Shown in pieces: positions 60,098 through 63,190 of a stretch of 63,190 nucleotides of DNA. This stretch comes from Deltaproteobacteria bacterium (GTDB lineage Bacteria > JAMCPX01). Both the position numbers and the translations under genes were made by a program. Within the stretch, counting starts at the first letter, position 1. Each line of letters begins with the position of its first letter. The stretch covers positions 450-63,639 of the forward strand of contig JAMCVD010000036.1 of NCBI GenBank assembly GCA_023381995.1, in the 5' to 3' direction. The notes under the pieces are model-generated. The model was not told where the DNA came from, ran no database searches, and saw only the letters and a list, made by a program, of their open reading frames with translations.

Positions 60098-60112
60098 TCA
60101 GGAATCATGCCA
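60097..60112 (-). promoter_or_regulatory. Sigma-54-like element TGGCATGATTCCTGAT. The -24 half is identical to that of the promoter at 62388..62403. The -12 GC is degenerate.
   Basis: TGGCATGAT is shared 9/9 with the upstream promoter. At the -12 position it reads CTGA instead of TTGC. Confidence 0.3.
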
Positions 60113-60116
60113 GTTT

Positions 60117-60197
60117 GTTTCACCCTTTTGATCATTATTCACAGATTAAAAGCGCGTTTTCACCCCTAGCCCATACGGGAATTGGGTGTTTTCACCC
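60117..60197. repeat. Three direct copies of GTTT(T)CACCC (minus strand GGGTGAAA(A)C) upstream of the sigma-54-like element
   Basis: Copies at 60117..60125, 60156..60165 and 60188..60197. The last copy is embedded in a nested stem-loop at 60174..60205. Confidence 0.6.
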
Positions 60198-60213
60198 ACC
60201 CGTATACTGAAAA

Positions 60214-61248
60214 TCAATGTTTATTTGCCCGTTTTTCCGTATTGATTAATTGATATACATTAACCCTGTAGCTATAGCTATCTGCGACATAAATACGATT
60301 ATTTTTATCTATCGCAATAGCAGTTGGTATGATCAACTGTCCTGGTCCAATACCAGGTCCACCAAAATACATCAAAGGCTTCCATTCCTTTGTAAACATC
60401 TGTACCGCATGAAAATCAGAATCTGCAATATAGATATTTCCGTATGTATCAAATGCTATGCCCTTTATCCTGTCAAATGTGCCGGGGGCATCGCCCTCTA
60501 CCCCAAACTTGCCAAGAAACTTTCCATCAGGGCTAAACCATTGAACCCTGAAATTCATTGTATCGCTTACATAGAGATCCCCATTACTATTAACAGCAAG
60601 GTATGTAGGGAAATTGAACTCTCCATCTCCAGTGCCTCTTTTACCAATGGTTTTTATATATCTTCCCTTCATGGTGAATACCTTTATGTCATGCCCCTTT
60701 GCCTCATTAAATGCCGTATCCGCCACATAGAGTAGCTCCTTTGTTCTATCCATTGCAAGACCCGTAGGCCTAAGAAACATGTTAGCGCCAATATCTTTGA
60801 TGAACTTACCATGTTTATCAAACACCCTTACAAGCTTCAAGGAAGAATCAGCAACATAGACATTTTCGTCCTTATCCAGTGCTACACCAAATGGATTTAC
60901 AAGATGGTATCTTTGGTCCGTGCCAATGTATCTTACTTTCTTTTCTTTAAAATCAAACACGAACACAGCACCAAGCTGATAATCCGTCACATAAACACGC
61001 TGTGCGTCATCACTGATGGCAATTCCCATGGGCTGAACAAGCGAGGGTTCTTGTTTAGGACCGAGTAAAAAGTTAAGAAACCTTTGCCATGCGCTTTGAG
61101 GAAAATCATATCGCCCATGAAGTGCTTCAATATATTCTATATGCGGTTTATTGGGAGGCAGGGGCCATACGATCTTGTCCGGCTTTATCCCGGCAGCAGC
61201 ACAACCTGTAAATATAATAAATAAAAGCAATAAAATTCTTTTCATCAC
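60214..61248 (-). CDS. NHL-repeat beta-propeller lipoprotein
   Basis: Lipobox IIFTGC. Six NHL-type blades. Paralogue of 53475..54527. Confidence 0.85.
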   Translation of the reverse strand: MMKRILLLLFIIFTGCAAAGIKPDKIVWPLPPNKPHIEYIEALHGRYDFPQSAWQRFLNFLLGPKQEPSLVQPMGIAISDDAQRVYVTDYQLGAVFVFDFKEKKVRYIGTDQRYHLVNPFGVALDKDENVYVADSSLKLVRVFDKHGKFIKDIGANMFLRPTGLAMDRTKELLYVADTAFNEAKGHDIKVFTMKGRYIKTIGKRGTGDGEFNFPTYLAVNSNGDLYVSDTMNFRVQWFSPDGKFLGKFGVEGDAPGTFDRIKGIAFDTYGNIYIADSDFHAVQMFTKEWKPLMYFGGPGIGPGQLIIPTAIAIDKNNRIYVADSYSYRVNVYQLINTEKRANKH

Positions 61249-61254
61249 ACCCCC

Positions 61255-62328
61255 TTACCAGTTTGATTCTTTGCCATGACATCTTTTACACATATCTAGC
61301 TTTGTTTCACCGGCATACCACATATAAGGGTGATTAGATGAATGCGGATTATGACAGCTTATGCAGGTAAGTGGCTTGCCTTTCAGCTCCTTCATATCAT
61401 ATACACCTGACACAGGATGAGGCTTGTTCTGCGGGGTCGTAAAGACATGATACCCATCAGCCTGTTTTTTATGGCATGTTGCGCATAGCTCATTTACAGG
61501 CTTCTTCAACATGAAATCATTGTTCGTGCCGTGCGGATCATGGCATGCTGTACAGCCGTATTTTTCTATGGCAGGATGCACAACCTTGTCCTTGTCTTTT
61601 GGCTCATGACACATATAGCAGAGTTCCTTGCCTCTTGCGGCGAGCATATAAGGATTATCGGAAGCATGAGGGCTATGGCAGTTTGTGCATTCACCGCCTG
61701 CAACAGCAGGGTGTATTACCCTTCTTCCCGTTAGATCGTCTGCATGGCAGATAAAGCATGTATTGCTTACAGGAGAGGGCTTTCTTAAAAGATGGTCATG
61801 CTCTGATTCATGGGCATGATGGCATGTAAGGCACTTCCCAAGTTTTACAGCAGCATGTACATAAGTTTTTTTTATCATATCCTTATGACACGACAAACAT
61901 AGCCCCGCCATGTTATTGATAGGTTGAACAAGGTAGATGTCCCTGTTGTCTTGTCTCTGGATAAAAACCGGTCCCATTATCATACCTTTTGTTCTCAATA
62001 AATAGTTGTTATTTTCAGAATGTGGATTATGACACATCACACATCGGCCCTGTGCAACGGGTGGATGCACATCCTTTTTTGTGTTTTTTTTATCGTGACA
62101 CGTATAGCACAGCGCTGGAACACGGGCAGAGAGTGTGAATTTATGATTACCTTTTGCCGGCACATGACAGTCCTTACATCCCATGCTGTCAAGCGCCGGA
62201 TGTTTAAAAGAGCCTGATAAAATGCCTGTATGACACTTTGAAGTTGTGCAACCTTCACTTGTGTCAGCAAGACTTACTGCAGGTACTAATATTATTATTC
62301 CTACTATTAAGGACAATTGTTTTATCAT
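61255..62328 (-). CDS. Multihaem c-type cytochrome (12 CXXCH plus an N-terminal CX4CH), c3/c7-like repeats
   Basis: Signal peptide. CTTSKCH, CKDCH, CYTCH, CVMCH, CLSCH, CLTCH, CFICH, CTNCH, CYMCH, CTACH, CATCH, CISCH, CKRCH. Confidence 0.9.
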   Translation of the reverse strand: MIKQLSLIVGIIILVPAVSLADTSEGCTTSKCHTGILSGSFKHPALDSMGCKDCHVPAKGNHKFTLSARVPALCYTCHDKKNTKKDVHPPVAQGRCVMCHNPHSENNNYLLRTKGMIMGPVFIQRQDNRDIYLVQPINNMAGLCLSCHKDMIKKTYVHAAVKLGKCLTCHHAHESEHDHLLRKPSPVSNTCFICHADDLTGRRVIHPAVAGGECTNCHSPHASDNPYMLAARGKELCYMCHEPKDKDKVVHPAIEKYGCTACHDPHGTNNDFMLKKPVNELCATCHKKQADGYHVFTTPQNKPHPVSGVYDMKELKGKPLTCISCHNPHSSNHPYMWYAGETKLDMCKRCHGKESNW

Positions 62329-62387
62329 TAAATCCTTATTCTACATAAACGGTGATATAGATACATCTCCACTTTGTTAGAAAAGTA

Positions 62388-62403
62388 AGCAAACATCATG
62401 CCA
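62388..62403 (-). promoter_or_regulatory. Sigma-54 (-24/-12) promoter TGGCATGATGTTTGCT upstream of the first cytochrome gene
   Basis: Canonical GG/GC spacing. About 60 nt upstream of the ATG at 62328, with an AAGGA SD. Confidence 0.7.
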
Positions 62404-62411
62404 ATTGTGGA

Positions 62412-62717
62412 TTATTTGATGTTGTGTTTTTTCATCCTGTACCGCAGGGCATCCCGCGTAATAGACAACGCCTGGGCAGCTTTGGTCTGATTGCCCTCCG
62501 CGAGGGCAAGTGCCTTGAGGATGAGTTCCTTCTCGACCTTTTCGAGTTCCATGGAACTGTAGTGATCGGTACCGGCCTCTTCCGGGGATTCTATGAGTTC
62601 TATGGGTAGATATTCTTTTTTGAGTATTTTATCGTTCGTCAGAAGGATCATTCTTTCTATAATATTTTTTAACTCCCTCACGTTGCCGGGCCAGACGTAC
62701 TGCATAAAATAATTCAC
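62412..62717 (-). pseudogene. C-terminal remnant of a sigma-54-dependent transcriptional activator (end of the AAA+ domain plus the Fis-type HTH)
   Basis: YVWPGNVRELKNIIER and GNQTKAAQALSITRDALRYRMKKH. An in-frame stop lies 6 codons upstream of the first homologous residue. No receiver or AAA+ core is present. Confidence 0.8.
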
Positions 62718-62787
62718 CTGAATTCCAATGCATTTTTAGTCACTACACTTTAAGTAGACTTTTGTCAATCGATTTTAAAATATTGTC

Positions 62788-62841
62788 ATTTAAACTTGAA
62801 AAGTGCACTGATTTTGGGTGATTTAAACTTGAAAAGTGCAC
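62788..62841. repeat. Two 21-bp direct repeats ATTTAAACTTGAAAAGTGCAC (33 bp start-to-start) preceded by TGTC. Candidate terminus of a transposable element extending rightwards.
   Basis: Copies at 62788..62808 and 62821..62841. They lie about 70 bp beyond the break point of the truncated activator gene. Confidence 0.4.
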
Positions 62842-63190
62842 CAATGTAAACGATATTGATTAGTTTAAAGAGAGTAGTAGGTTTTATAAATAATGATAGA
62901 AACAATCTGAATAAAAAATAACAAACTGTTTCATAATGAATGCAAAGTTTATTATACGGACTTTATGGCGTGCAGTTTCTCATATATGATACGTTAACAA
63001 AATCTAATACAACCCTATAAATGGGTTTTTATATACATAAGATCAGCGCGACTATGGGATTTTCGGAAGAAACTTACGCTTTCATCCTCGCAGAACCACT
63101 TCAAACCGTAAGGTCTTGCTATATGGAATATGGTAGTAGACATAATCTTTCTTACGGGAGCCCTCGGGAGGCTTAACGTACGATTTTTTC

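Noticed and set aside
62788-62841. Possible CRISPR array (21-bp repeat seen twice)
   Set aside because: There are only two copies with an 11-12-bp spacer, and no cas genes. A transposase-binding sub-terminal repeat fits better.
63084-63190. 3' end of a minus-strand ORF entering from the right edge (..KKSYVKPPEGSRKKDYVYYHIPYSKTLRFEVVLRG)
   Set aside because: Only 35 codons are visible and I recognise no family. It is mentioned in a finding but is too short to annotate.

Overview
The window has three compositional blocks. Hand counts of sample 60-nt lines give about 23% GC at 1681-1740, 52-63% at 13501-13560 and 20461-20520, and 35-43% at 37561-37620 and 46021-46080.

(1) 1-3237 is a very AT-rich, ORF-poor accessory segment that abuts the 3' end of the tmRNA gene. 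It carries a zinc-ribbon protein gene plus the 3' end of a convergent paralogue, an RHH regulator, small hydrophobic peptide ORFs, and several palindrome and operator arrays. It looks like a degraded integrated element.

(2) 3238-37232 is GC-rich core genome of a Gram-negative bacterium (BamD and LpoA-like lipoproteins present). Genes found:
- ssrA-smpB
- a perR-peroxiredoxin-SOD operon with a perfect Per box
- an HD-GYP protein and a GAF-PAS-PAS sensor
- thiL, a frameshifted lon, hsp20
- LpoA-like, TPR and bamD genes, then phoU-pstBAC
- a HAD phosphatase, acyl-CoA ligase, rnhA, acyl-CoA dehydrogenase, ubiE
- a MATE pump and a large metallopeptidase/beta-propeller/barrel protein
- trpS, bioA, a transpeptidase, a CCA-family nucleotidyltransferase, kdsB, pyrG

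(3) 37301-63190 is a low-GC island peppered with mobile-element scars:
- a GT-C membrane protein fused to a Wza-like export module
- pabB/pabC remnants cut by an IS110-family element lying next to an internally deleted IS21 remnant
- an approximately 18.8-kb co-directional minus-strand cluster

The cluster contains:
- five multihaem c-type cytochromes (41 canonical CXXCH motifs plus 3 variants)
- three NHL beta-propeller paralogues
- a predicted outer-membrane barrel, a YjbH-like protein and a Wzy_C-TPR membrane protein
- a B12-binding radical SAM enzyme
- its own System II cytochrome c maturation pair (resB/ccsA)

The cluster is preceded by consensus sigma-54 promoters and a truncated sigma-54 activator. 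I consider it the best candidate for an undescribed system, either an extracellular electron-transfer conduit or cytochrome-filament assembly.

I saw no rRNA, tRNA or CRISPR array.
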